NCBI GenBank assembly: GCA_963675755.2
Contig: CAXXMD010000002.1
Location: forward strand, 224,001-288,000
Source: a bacterium
GTDB lineage: Bacteria > Zhuqueibacterota > Zhuqueibacteria > Residuimicrobiales > Krinioviventaceae
Length of the DNA stretch: 64,000 nucleotides
Direction of reading: 5' to 3'
The first letter of the stretch is position 1; the number at the start of each line of letters is the position of its first letter. The notes beneath the pieces were generated by a model, which did not search any database, was not told where the DNA came from, and saw nothing but the letters and a program-made list of their open reading frames with translations. Shown in pieces: positions 29,756-38,480 of this stretch. A program made the position numbers and the translations under genes.

Positions 29756-30763
29756 ATGAATAACTGTAAAAAATATCAAAAATACATTGTGCTTGATTAT
29801 TACAATGAACTGAACGGTTATGAAAAAGCTGATCTGGACGCACATCTGCTGCATTGTGAATTATGCAAGAAAGAACAGTTGGAATTGCAGAGTATGGGAG
29901 TGGTAATAGAGGAAAATTATACCACAGAACCCAAAGAGCACATCCTTAAATCATTGAGAAATCTTGTAGAAATACGATTGCAACAGCATAATAAGCCGAA
30001 TTTTGAGAAAAAAGGTGTTTTCCTGCCACGCTTTGTTCTACAATTTGCTATGGTTGTTCTTTTAATTGGTGTTGGTTTCTTTACTGGCAGAATGATACCA
30101 ACACAAGAAAAACAAAACGTATCTTCTATAGATCTTTTAAATGATCTTGTTAAAGCCGATCAAAACGTTGAATTCTCAAATCGCACAATTGATCCTTACC
30201 TGGTTGGTATTAATCGGTTAAAATTTGACCAAGAAACAGGCAAGGTGAATGTAAGTTATAATACGGTAAACGATATTGATGTTTCAGCAAGCCTGGATGA
30301 TCCTCTGGTTAGGGAATTGTTGTTGTATGCTTTGAACCATGGCGAAAATCCCAATGTTCGTATGCATGCTGTCAAAGCTGTAAATGCAATTGCTGCAAAC
30401 AAAAATACGCTGGATGTACAGTTTATTAAATCCATTGGTAAAACGCTGACAGATGAAGAGAATCCCGGTATTCGGCTATTTGCGTTACGTGTTTTGTCTT
30501 CCATGTCAATGGATGAAAATATTAAAATGATGTTGATACATGTGCTGCTTTATGATGTGAATCCCGCATTAAGGATTGAAGCATTTAAAATTTTAACCCG
30601 TGAAAATATTTCAATCCCGGATATTGGAATGTATCTGGAGCCGGCTCAAGAAGACAGTAACAGCTTTATCAGCAATCAGTCAAAAATAATTATCGATCAA
30701 ATTCTTAAAGAACAAACCAAAGATAATGGCCCTTATGAACTGGCCAGAAGGAGTCAACCATGA
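29756..30763 (+). CDS. Anti-sigma factor (zf-HC2/ZAS, one TM, periplasmic HEAT-like repeats)
   Basis: HLLHCELC (HxxxCxxC); TM at about aa 93-110; repeats NPNVRMHAV, NPGIRLFAL, NPALRIEAF. Confidence 0.85.
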   Translation: MNNCKKYQKYIVLDYYNELNGYEKADLDAHLLHCELCKKEQLELQSMGVVIEENYTTEPKEHILKSLRNLVEIRLQQHNKPNFEKKGVFLPRFVLQFAMVVLLIGVGFFTGRMIPTQEKQNVSSIDLLNDLVKADQNVEFSNRTIDPYLVGINRLKFDQETGKVNVSYNTVNDIDVSASLDDPLVRELLLYALNHGENPNVRMHAVKAVNAIAANKNTLDVQFIKSIGKTLTDEENPGIRLFALRVLSSMSMDENIKMMLIHVLLYDVNPALRIEAFKILTRENISIPDIGMYLEPAQEDSNSFISNQSKIIIDQILKEQTKDNGPYELARRSQP

Positions 30764-32004
30764 GAAGAATAACATTCTCAATACTACTTTTACTGATTTT
30801 AATCTCACTTGTTTTTTCTCAGGAATTAGTAAAAAAGAATGGTTACTATGAAGCAAATATTAATCAGTCTTTTAATGTAAAACCTGATGGGAACCTGGTT
30901 ATTGAAAATATTAATGCAGATATAGAAATCTATACCTGGGAAAATAATCAGGTGGAAATTAAAGAGTTTGCCAAATTTGACGTGTATACCGAAGAAGAGG
31001 CAAATGAGAGAATTAAACATTGGAAAAAACAATATTCTCAATCCGGCAATACCATAAAAATTTCAGGTTCAGGCCATTTTGATTGTGAAAATTGCAAGTT
31101 TGTAATAAAAGTGCCAACCCGATTTAATATAGATTCCAAAACTCGCGGGGGAGATGTTTTAATAAATGGCATTACTGGTAATGTAGGTGTTTCTACTTCC
31201 GGTGGTGATATGGAAATGTACGAGATTACCGGAACTGTTACCGCCAGAACATCCGGAGGGGATCTTGAATTTTATAATATCAAAGGTCAGCTTGATGCAA
31301 AAACGTCGGGTGGTGATATAGAAATGGGAAATATACAAGGAGATGCTACGATTGTTACATCGGGTGGCGATATTGAACTGGAAAACGCAACACAAAAAGT
31401 CTTGTTAAAAACTTCCGGCGGTGATATTTCAGTCAAAGATCTTGCAGGGCCAACAGAAATGACTACTTCGGGTGGAGATATTGAAGTTTATAATTTTACC
31501 GGTCCTACTCTTGATTTTAAAACCAGTGGCGGTGATATTGAAATGTATAATATTAAAGGAACATTAATTGCGTCAACCAGTGGTGGGGATATTGAAGGAA
31601 AAACATTCTTGTCACCCGTACAGGTTAAATCATCAGGAGGAGATATTGAACTCGTTGATGTTCAAGCTTCGCTTAAGGCAAATACTTCCGGTGGCGATAT
31701 TGATATCAAAATGAATATTGTTGATTATTCAATTCCACATGAGATTGATCTTGAAACATCCGGTGGTGACATTAATCTTACCATACCTGCTGATCTACCG
31801 GCAACGATTGACGCGCAAATTAAATTGCGAGATAATAATCGCTCATGGGATCGAAATGACATATACAGTGATTTCCCACTTACCAAATCAATGGATAAAG
31901 AAGGTAGTTATGTAATTATTAAAAGTCAGGGTGAGATTAATGGTGGCGGTGATTTAATCAAGCTGCGGACTTCGGCCGGCGATATACATATAATTAAAAA
32001 ATAG
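30760..32004 (+). CDS. Secreted DUF4097 beta-solenoid protein (TSGGD repeats)
   Basis: Signal peptide; about 13 TSGGD-type motifs, mostly with 18-aa period. Confidence 0.88.
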   Translation: MRRITFSILLLLILISLVFSQELVKKNGYYEANINQSFNVKPDGNLVIENINADIEIYTWENNQVEIKEFAKFDVYTEEEANERIKHWKKQYSQSGNTIKISGSGHFDCENCKFVIKVPTRFNIDSKTRGGDVLINGITGNVGVSTSGGDMEMYEITGTVTARTSGGDLEFYNIKGQLDAKTSGGDIEMGNIQGDATIVTSGGDIELENATQKVLLKTSGGDISVKDLAGPTEMTTSGGDIEVYNFTGPTLDFKTSGGDIEMYNIKGTLIASTSGGDIEGKTFLSPVQVKSSGGDIELVDVQASLKANTSGGDIDIKMNIVDYSIPHEIDLETSGGDINLTIPADLPATIDAQIKLRDNNRSWDRNDIYSDFPLTKSMDKEGSYVIIKSQGEINGGGDLIKLRTSAGDIHIIKK

Positions 32005-32053
32005 TGTAACAAATGAATTTAATTTGCGTTTTAAAATAAAAATGGAGGCAGGA

Positions 32054-33037
32054 ATGGAAAAATTAAAATTATATCTTTTATCAACTGTTATTTTATTCTT
32101 TATTGCGCAAGGTGCTTTTGCCGATATAGATGCAAATTTAAAAAAGACATTTGATGTTAATAAAGGCGGTACATTATATATTGAATCTGATTTTGGCAGT
32201 ATAGAAGTATCAACTCATAAAAGTAATTCTGTGATTGTTGAGATTTTAAGAGAAGTTGATGCTTTTACCAAAAAAGAAGCTGAAAGAATACTTGAAGACC
32301 TTGAAATAACTCTTGATCAGCAGGGAAATGATGTATATGTTGAAGCTGATTATCATAAAGATGGTTTCAGATGGGGAAACCGTCGTATAAAGATGAAATT
32401 TATTGTAACAGTACCAGATGAATATAATGTTGATCTGAGCACTTCCGGAGGCAGTATTTCTGTAGATGATCTTAAAGGTGCTGTAGCTGCAAAAACTTCT
32501 GGTGGTAGTTTATCCTTTGGTAATATTGAAGGACCTGTAAATGGTCGTACTTCAGGTGGCAGTATAAGTCTTGATGGCTGCGATGGCAATGCGGATATTA
32601 AAACCTCTGGTGGAAGTATCAAGATAGGAGATGTTAATGGAAGTGTTGATGCGCATACCTCTGGTGGTTCAATAAAAATAAATCGTGCAGAAGGCAATGT
32701 AATTGCAAAAACTTCCGGTGGCAGTATTTCTGTTGAGGAAGTCTTGGGCGAGATTGAAGCCAAAACTTCTGGCGGTTCTGTAACAGCACGCATTTTATCT
32801 CAACCCAAAGCCGATTGTACTCTTAGTACATCTGGTGGAAGTGTGAATATATACATGGCTAATAATGTGGATGTTAATGTAGATGCGAAAACCAGTGGCG
32901 GCCGTGTAAAAACTGAATTTCCTGTGACTATTCAAGGTGAGATTAAAAAGAACGAGCTAAAAGCCAAAATCAATGATGGAGGTCCATTGCTTTATCTTCG
33001 AACTTCAGGTGGTAATATCAATTTAAATGAATTATAA
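32054..33037 (+). CDS. Secreted DUF4097 beta-solenoid protein (TSGGS repeats)
   Basis: ATG 32054 after GGAGG; signal peptide; about 10 TSGG motifs; GG..L.LRTSGG.I terminus. Confidence 0.88.
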   Translation: MEKLKLYLLSTVILFFIAQGAFADIDANLKKTFDVNKGGTLYIESDFGSIEVSTHKSNSVIVEILREVDAFTKKEAERILEDLEITLDQQGNDVYVEADYHKDGFRWGNRRIKMKFIVTVPDEYNVDLSTSGGSISVDDLKGAVAAKTSGGSLSFGNIEGPVNGRTSGGSISLDGCDGNADIKTSGGSIKIGDVNGSVDAHTSGGSIKINRAEGNVIAKTSGGSISVEEVLGEIEAKTSGGSVTARILSQPKADCTLSTSGGSVNIYMANNVDVNVDAKTSGGRVKTEFPVTIQGEIKKNELKAKINDGGPLLYLRTSGGNINLNEL

Positions 33038-33062
33038 AAAAAGTTATTTCCTTTCCCCCAAG

Positions 33063-33091
33063 GCCCTGAAATTTTTTCAGGGCTTTTTTTT
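33063..33091 (+). terminator. Intrinsic terminator of the ECF operon
   Basis: GCCCTGAAA / TTTCAGGGC followed by a T-run. Confidence 0.85.
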
Positions 33092-33124
33092 GTTATATCA
33101 AACAAAATTAATCAAGGATAAAAT

Positions 33125-33820
33125 ATGACAATCAATTCCGGTTTTACAGGCTTTCCAAAGGAAGGTGTAGATTTTTTAGGGAAATTAAAATTAAATAATA
33201 CTAAACCCTGGTTTCAGGAGCATAAAGACGAATATGAAAAATACCTGGTAGACCCGGCAAGAGCTTTTATTCTGGAAATGGGGACTAGATTAACCACACT
33301 TTCACCATCTGTTACCTTTGATCCCAGAACGGATAAATCTTTGTTCAGAATTTATAGGGATGTTCGCTTTAGTAAAGATAAAACACCTTACAAGACACAT
33401 CTGGCAATTTGGTTCTGGGAGGGAAATCGGAAAAAGGTTGAAAACTCGGGCTACTATTTCCATCTTGAAGCAGACCATCTTTTACTGGCTGTGGGATTAC
33501 ATACCTTTCCACCTGATTTGATGGATAATTATCGTCAAGCTGTTGATGGTGAAAAATCAGGCAAGGAATTGCTCGATGCTGTGGATCTGGTTGAAAGTAA
33601 GGGATATGATGTGAGTGCTGAAACATATAAACGTGTACCGGGAGGTTATGCTCAGGACCATCCACGTATGCGTTTTCTTAAATATAAAGGTTTTGGTGCA
33701 ATGAAAGCTTTTCCAATTAATGACACGCTGCATTCTACAGATTTGATTGATTTCTGCTACAATGTCTATGAGGATCTGAGCCTGCTTCATTACTGGCTGG
33801 TTAAATATGTAACCAAATAG
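33125..33820 (+). CDS. DUF2461 (TIGR02453) family protein
   Basis: FL..L..NN.K.WF..HK..Y; FRIYRDVRFSKDKTPYK; KRVP.GY..DHP. Confidence 0.9.
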   Translation: MTINSGFTGFPKEGVDFLGKLKLNNTKPWFQEHKDEYEKYLVDPARAFILEMGTRLTTLSPSVTFDPRTDKSLFRIYRDVRFSKDKTPYKTHLAIWFWEGNRKKVENSGYYFHLEADHLLLAVGLHTFPPDLMDNYRQAVDGEKSGKELLDAVDLVESKGYDVSAETYKRVPGGYAQDHPRMRFLKYKGFGAMKAFPINDTLHSTDLIDFCYNVYEDLSLLHYWLVKYVTK

Positions 33821-33979
33821 TTACTACCTTTTTTCCGGTTCTTGTTTGACTTGTTTTCTTATTTGGCATATTTTACGTATATTTCATAATCTAAACATAA
33901 TATTGAATTAATGAATTGATTTTAAATTCAATTGTGTCTAAATTATTATCTTTTGTTTTTGAAAAAGGAGAAACGGCTT

Positions 33980-34606
33980 ATGAATGCTGTATTGGAAAAA
34001 CTCGGTCAGATGAGAATTGTACCTGTTGTTGCGATCCACAATGCAAGTGATGCACAGCCACTAGCCCTGGCATTAATGGAAGGTGGATTGCCTTGTGCTG
34101 AAATAACATTTAGAACAGATGCTGCGGAAGAAGCGATCAAGGCAATGGCAACAATTGACAATATGCTGGTAGGTGCCGGTACAGTATTAAAAGTTGATCA
34201 GGTAAAAACAGCAGTAGATGCCGGTGCATCTTTTATTGTTTCACCTGGCTTTAACCCAAAAGTAGTTGAATATTGTGTTAAAAACAATATTCCTGTAACC
34301 CCGGGCATCAGTAATCCAACGGATATTGAAATGGCTTTGGATTTTGATCTTGAGGTTGTCAAGTTTTTCCCGGCAGAGGCGTTTGGTGGATTAAAGACGC
34401 TTAAAGCCATGAGTGCCCCGTATCATATGGTGAAATTCATACCTACGGGTGGAATAAACGCTGACAATCTTGTATCATATTTGGAATTCCCCAAAGTGTT
34501 AGCTTGCGGTGGCAGTTGGATGGTTAAAGCAGATCTCATTAATGAAGGTAAATTTGAAGAGATATCCTGCCTTACCCGAAAGGCCATGGATATCGCAATG
34601 TCTTGA
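33980..34606 (+). CDS. eda: KDPG/KHG aldolase
   Basis: AEITFRT, VGAGTV, FIVSPG, KFFPA, PTGGI, GGSW; ATG 33980 after AAGGAG. Confidence 0.95.
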   Translation: MNAVLEKLGQMRIVPVVAIHNASDAQPLALALMEGGLPCAEITFRTDAAEEAIKAMATIDNMLVGAGTVLKVDQVKTAVDAGASFIVSPGFNPKVVEYCVKNNIPVTPGISNPTDIEMALDFDLEVVKFFPAEAFGGLKTLKAMSAPYHMVKFIPTGGINADNLVSYLEFPKVLACGGSWMVKADLINEGKFEEISCLTRKAMDIAMS

Positions 34607-34625
34607 CATAATTGAGGATATCATA

Positions 34626-36017
34626 ATGACGCAACCTGTTTTAACTAAAATAATTTGTTCAATATCCGACCGGAACGCGGGTAATGAATTTTTAACCGAT
34701 CTTTTCAACAGTGGTACAAAGATCCTGAGATTAAATACCGCACATCAATCTGTTGAATCGACAAAAGAAGTAATTGATAATATTCGCAAGGTATCTGAAC
34801 GTATCAGCATAATGCTTGATACCAAAGGGGCTGAAATGCGAACAGCCAATGTTGCCGAGCCTGTTACTGTTGCTAAAGATGGAATGATTAAAATAGTCAA
34901 TAGTCTGTCGGAAACGCAGCCAGATACTCCTGAATTTCAAATCAATTACAGTAATTTTGTCAAAGATGTACCTATTGATTCAATGGTACTTGTTAATGAC
35001 GGTAGTATTCGGTTAAGAGTAATAGAAAAAACAAAATCTTATTTACTTTGCCGAGCTGAACAGGGTGGGACTATTGGAGATAAACGTTCAGTAAATGTGC
35101 CGGATGTTCATATAAATCTTCCTGCGATCAATGTTAGGGACGATGATTATATCCGGTTAGCTGCTGACGAAAATGTAGAATATATTGCACATTCTTTTGT
35201 GCGTTCAAAACAGGATGTTGAGGCGGTCCGTAACCGTATTCAACATTATGGTGGTAATTCACAATTAATTGCAAAAATTGAAAATTATGAAGGTATAAAT
35301 AATCTAGATGAGATTATTAGTGCTGCGGATGCAATCATGATTGCAAGAGGTGATCTTGGTGTTGAGGTCCCCTTTGAAAAAGTTGCAAAAATTCAAAAAC
35401 ATATAATAAATCAATGCCGTATCAATGAAAAACCGGTAATTCTGGCTACCCACTTGTTAGAAAGTATGCGGGAAAATATACGTCCAACACAGGCAGAAGT
35501 CAGTGATATTGCTAATGCGGTTTTTGATGGTATAGATGCTTTAACATTGACGGGTGAAACTGCTGCCGGAGCACATCCTGTAGAGGCGGCACAGACTCTT
35601 GTGAGGATTGTGCAATATAATGAAAAGCTGCACCCATTGCTGCCAGTCGATTCTAATCCTCCATTATCCGAGCAGAATATTTATGAATGTCGCAAAGCAA
35701 TGGAAGCAGCAAATTACCGTCTTGCCAAAGCAATTGTTATTTCTTCAAAAGAGGAAAATACAATAAGATATTTATCAACATTCAGAAGCAGAGTTCCTTT
35801 GATTGTTGTATGTTCTTCACAAAAAGAAAGTAAACGTTTTGCACTGTATTACAGTGTAACTCCAATTGTTTTGGAGCATGAGAATGCTTTGTCTGATCTT
35901 TTTAAACAATGGGATTTTACTGAATCAGATCATATAATATATTTAACACCCCGCGATAATCATTTGCATTCTGAATTGTTAAATTTGAGAGAGGTGTGTC
36001 AGCACTTGAAAAAATAA
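34626..36017 (+). CDS. pyk: Pyruvate kinase (divergent)
   Basis: TKIIC, RLNTAH, LDTKG.E.R, SFVR, IAKIE, ARGDLG; ATG 34626 after GAGG. Confidence 0.88.
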   Translation: MTQPVLTKIICSISDRNAGNEFLTDLFNSGTKILRLNTAHQSVESTKEVIDNIRKVSERISIMLDTKGAEMRTANVAEPVTVAKDGMIKIVNSLSETQPDTPEFQINYSNFVKDVPIDSMVLVNDGSIRLRVIEKTKSYLLCRAEQGGTIGDKRSVNVPDVHINLPAINVRDDDYIRLAADENVEYIAHSFVRSKQDVEAVRNRIQHYGGNSQLIAKIENYEGINNLDEIISAADAIMIARGDLGVEVPFEKVAKIQKHIINQCRINEKPVILATHLLESMRENIRPTQAEVSDIANAVFDGIDALTLTGETAAGAHPVEAAQTLVRIVQYNEKLHPLLPVDSNPPLSEQNIYECRKAMEAANYRLAKAIVISSKEENTIRYLSTFRSRVPLIVVCSSQKESKRFALYYSVTPIVLEHENALSDLFKQWDFTESDHIIYLTPRDNHLHSELLNLREVCQHLKK

Positions 36018-36034
36018 CTGTTTACCAGGGTATA

Positions 36035-36070
36035 CAATAAAGCCGAATTAATCAAAATTCGGCTTTATTG
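36035..36070 (+). terminator. Terminator hairpin after pyk
   Basis: CAATAAAGCCGAATT / AATTCGGCTTTATTG, 15-bp inverted repeat. Confidence 0.8.
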
Positions 36071-36225
36071 TTATTTTTATTATCTGGAACAATGCTAAAT
36101 TCCTGTTTTTATGAGATTATTGTAAAAAAAATTATTTTAAATTCGTATTTTTTATCTAAAATTGGTACATTAATTGTTACATAATATTTGAATTAATACA
36201 AATTGACTTTTTTAGATTGGTAATT

Positions 36226-37797
36226 ATGGCCTCACCCAATAACCGGTTGCTGGATAATTTTTTTATAAGAATGCTTCTAGGCCTTTTTCTTGGTGCATTG
36301 GCACTGAGTGTTGAACTCTTTTTTCAACAGGCCGTAATGGGGCAAAATCCGTTTTTATTCCGTGCATATATAATTCCAATTGTATATGGTGGTCTGAGTG
36401 GTATATTATTGTCATATTTTTATACCAAAAATCAAACTGCCATAAAGAAAAAGCTGCGTTTTGAAACTACACAAAAAAGCAGATACCAGCGAGAAAATGA
36501 AAAAAATAGTAAAATATTAAAACATCTCAAGGCAAAACTTGATCACGAGATTTTTGAAAATAAAAATACTACATCTGCACTTCGTAAAGCAAAATTGGAA
36601 ATCAATAAAATCAATGATAGTACCAATAGTATTGGCCGGGTATTGATTGTTGATGACGAGTATAATTTTTTAAAATTTTTACAAGACCAAATGTTTCAGG
36701 CCGAATTTGATGTCATTACCGCAACCAGTGGTAAAGAAGGACTCATGAAATTGGCTGCTAATAATGTTGATCTGGTAATCAGTGATTACAAGATGCCAGA
36801 AATGTCTGGTGCAGATTTTTTGAAAAATGTGAAATTTGATTTTCCGCAGGTTAATCGTGCAGTAATGAGTGATTTCGAGTTTCAACCCTCTGTTGTTAAA
36901 ATTCTTACCGAAGGTCTTGCCACTACAACTTTTGCTAAACCTCAGGGCAATGATGTTTCACCACTGACTCAGCAGATTACCAGAATGCTTAAAATGAGAA
37001 GGCAGTTGAATGATCAAAAGATTTTGGAATTGATGGAAAGTATAGATCATTTACCCAAATTGCCATATATTTTTAATGAATTTAATGATGCTGTCAGGAG
37101 GGAAGCTAATTTTCAAATGCTTTCTGAAATCATTAGTAAAGATGCTGGTATATCTACAAAGCTCATGCAAATTGCCAATTCAGCATTTCTTGCTACTGAA
37201 AAAACATCATCTCTTGAACAATCGATCATGATGCTGGGTGTAAATGCTACCCGTGATATTGTTTTGACTGTTTCTTTGATGGAACAGGGGACCGAGAAGA
37301 AAGAACATTTGGATTATTTTCAGAAAATCATGAAGCATTCTACTGTTGTTAACAAGTATATGGATCCCATTAGCAAGATTGTTTTAGGAAAAGGGATTGA
37401 TCGGAATTTCAAGTCCATTGGCCTTACGCATGATATTGGCAAAATTATGTTGCTACAGCACTTTCCTGAACGTTTCGAAAAAATTATGTCATATATGTTT
37501 TCTCATCCTAATACCAGTTTTTATGAAAGTGAAATAGCACTGGGATATGAGAATTGCACCCATTCTGAAATTGGTGCTTATCTGTTAGACCTGTGGAATT
37601 TTCCGGATGCAACTGTAGAAGTTTCTTTATTTCATCATAAACCCTCCGATGCCAGAGATATAAAAAATGTTGACGTTTTAAAGGCAGTAAGCATTACCAA
37701 TGAATTGGTCAATTATTTAACTCGCCCAGTCAATATTGAAAATGTTAATTTTAGCAACATGTTTAAAGCCATTCGAGCTGATCTGCTTAAAAACTAG
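36226..37797 (+). CDS. Membrane-anchored receiver + HDOD domain signalling protein
   Basis: Two N-terminal TM helices; coiled coil; REC (VLIVDDE, ISDYKMP, AKP); HDOD (LPKLP, D..IS.KL...ANSA, GLTHDIGK, HSEIGAYLL.LWNFP, FHH.P). Confidence 0.85.
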   Translation: MASPNNRLLDNFFIRMLLGLFLGALALSVELFFQQAVMGQNPFLFRAYIIPIVYGGLSGILLSYFYTKNQTAIKKKLRFETTQKSRYQRENEKNSKILKHLKAKLDHEIFENKNTTSALRKAKLEINKINDSTNSIGRVLIVDDEYNFLKFLQDQMFQAEFDVITATSGKEGLMKLAANNVDLVISDYKMPEMSGADFLKNVKFDFPQVNRAVMSDFEFQPSVVKILTEGLATTTFAKPQGNDVSPLTQQITRMLKMRRQLNDQKILELMESIDHLPKLPYIFNEFNDAVRREANFQMLSEIISKDAGISTKLMQIANSAFLATEKTSSLEQSIMMLGVNATRDIVLTVSLMEQGTEKKEHLDYFQKIMKHSTVVNKYMDPISKIVLGKGIDRNFKSIGLTHDIGKIMLLQHFPERFEKIMSYMFSHPNTSFYESEIALGYENCTHSEIGAYLLDLWNFPDATVEVSLFHHKPSDARDIKNVDVLKAVSITNELVNYLTRPVNIENVNFSNMFKAIRADLLKN

Positions 37798-37813
37798 CCT
37801 CTTGACTCACTAT

Positions 37814-37843
37814 TGAAACCTTTTTTTCTATTTTCCCGTATCT
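37814..37843 (+). promoter_or_regulatory. ECF-type promoter
   Basis: TGAAAC (37814-37819) N17 CGTA (37837-37840), resembling the Bacillus SigW/SigM-type consensus. Confidence 0.6.
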
Positions 37844-37875
37844 TAATTTATACTAATTAATTAAGGAGAGCGGGT

Positions 37876-38463
37876 ATGAAAAAGTTTTATCTACTATTAT
37901 TTCTATTTCCATTTTATTTATGCCTGGGGGCAGAAGTTGGCGAGGATTGTGATGAAATAATCCTGAATTTTAATGATGGGGTTCACATGGGTGAATTCAG
38001 CACTGATGATTTTAATCTCGATATTGAGGATGATGAAATCATATTCAAATCGAATGAAAATCATGATGTTGTGGTCATGACCAAAGATTGCGGACTGTTG
38101 ATTAATAACGAGTCTATCGATTTAAATGGCCATCAAACTGATATGGTTTGTGAATATCGTGAATTGATGTATGGAATAGTTGACGAGGCTAAAGATCTGG
38201 GATTAGCCGGGGCCAAAGTTGGTTTAAAAGGAGCTGCTATTGGTTTGACTGCTGCTGCAAGTGTTGTAAAACTTTTGTTGCCAGGTTATGATGAAGACGA
38301 TCTTGAACGTGATATTGAATTTAAAACTGAAAAATTAGAACTTGAAGCTGAAAAACTGGAAAAAAAGGGGGAAGAGATTGAAGTCATGGGTGATCATTTG
38401 GATGATTTGCATGATGAATTAAAAGACAATATCCCTGAGTTAAAGGAACTGGGCTGGTTTTAA
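37876..38463 (+). CDS. Secreted YggN/DUF2884-like protein
   Basis: Signal peptide; L.IN...I.L...Q......Y; Ala/Gly-rich helix; acidic coiled coil; IPELK..W terminus; RBS AAGGAG. Confidence 0.6.
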   Translation: MKKFYLLLFLFPFYLCLGAEVGEDCDEIILNFNDGVHMGEFSTDDFNLDIEDDEIIFKSNENHDVVVMTKDCGLLINNESIDLNGHQTDMVCEYRELMYGIVDEAKDLGLAGAKVGLKGAAIGLTAAASVVKLLLPGYDEDDLERDIEFKTEKLELEAEKLEKKGEEIEVMGDHLDDLHDELKDNIPELKELGWF

Positions 38464-38480
38464 ACCAGCCCTTTTTCCTT
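38442..38480. terminator. Hairpin between convergent genes, overlapping the stop codon
   Basis: GGGCTGGTTT (38451-38460) / AAACCAGCCC (38462-38471) followed by TTTTT. Confidence 0.75.

Noticed and set aside
31140-33015. Recurring ACTTCCGGTGG-like motifs at about 54-bp spacing, resembling a CRISPR array or tandem repeat
   Set aside because: They encode the TSGG repeats of the DUF4097 proteins, vary at synonymous positions, and no cas genes are present
33902-33932. ATTGAATT-N15-AATTCAAT inverted repeat upstream of eda
   Set aside because: Almost entirely A/T in an AT-rich spacer; cannot be distinguished from chance
34509-34625. Long N-terminal extension of pyk overlapping eda
   Set aside because: ORF-caller artefact; PK homology starts at ATG 34626, which has its own RBS
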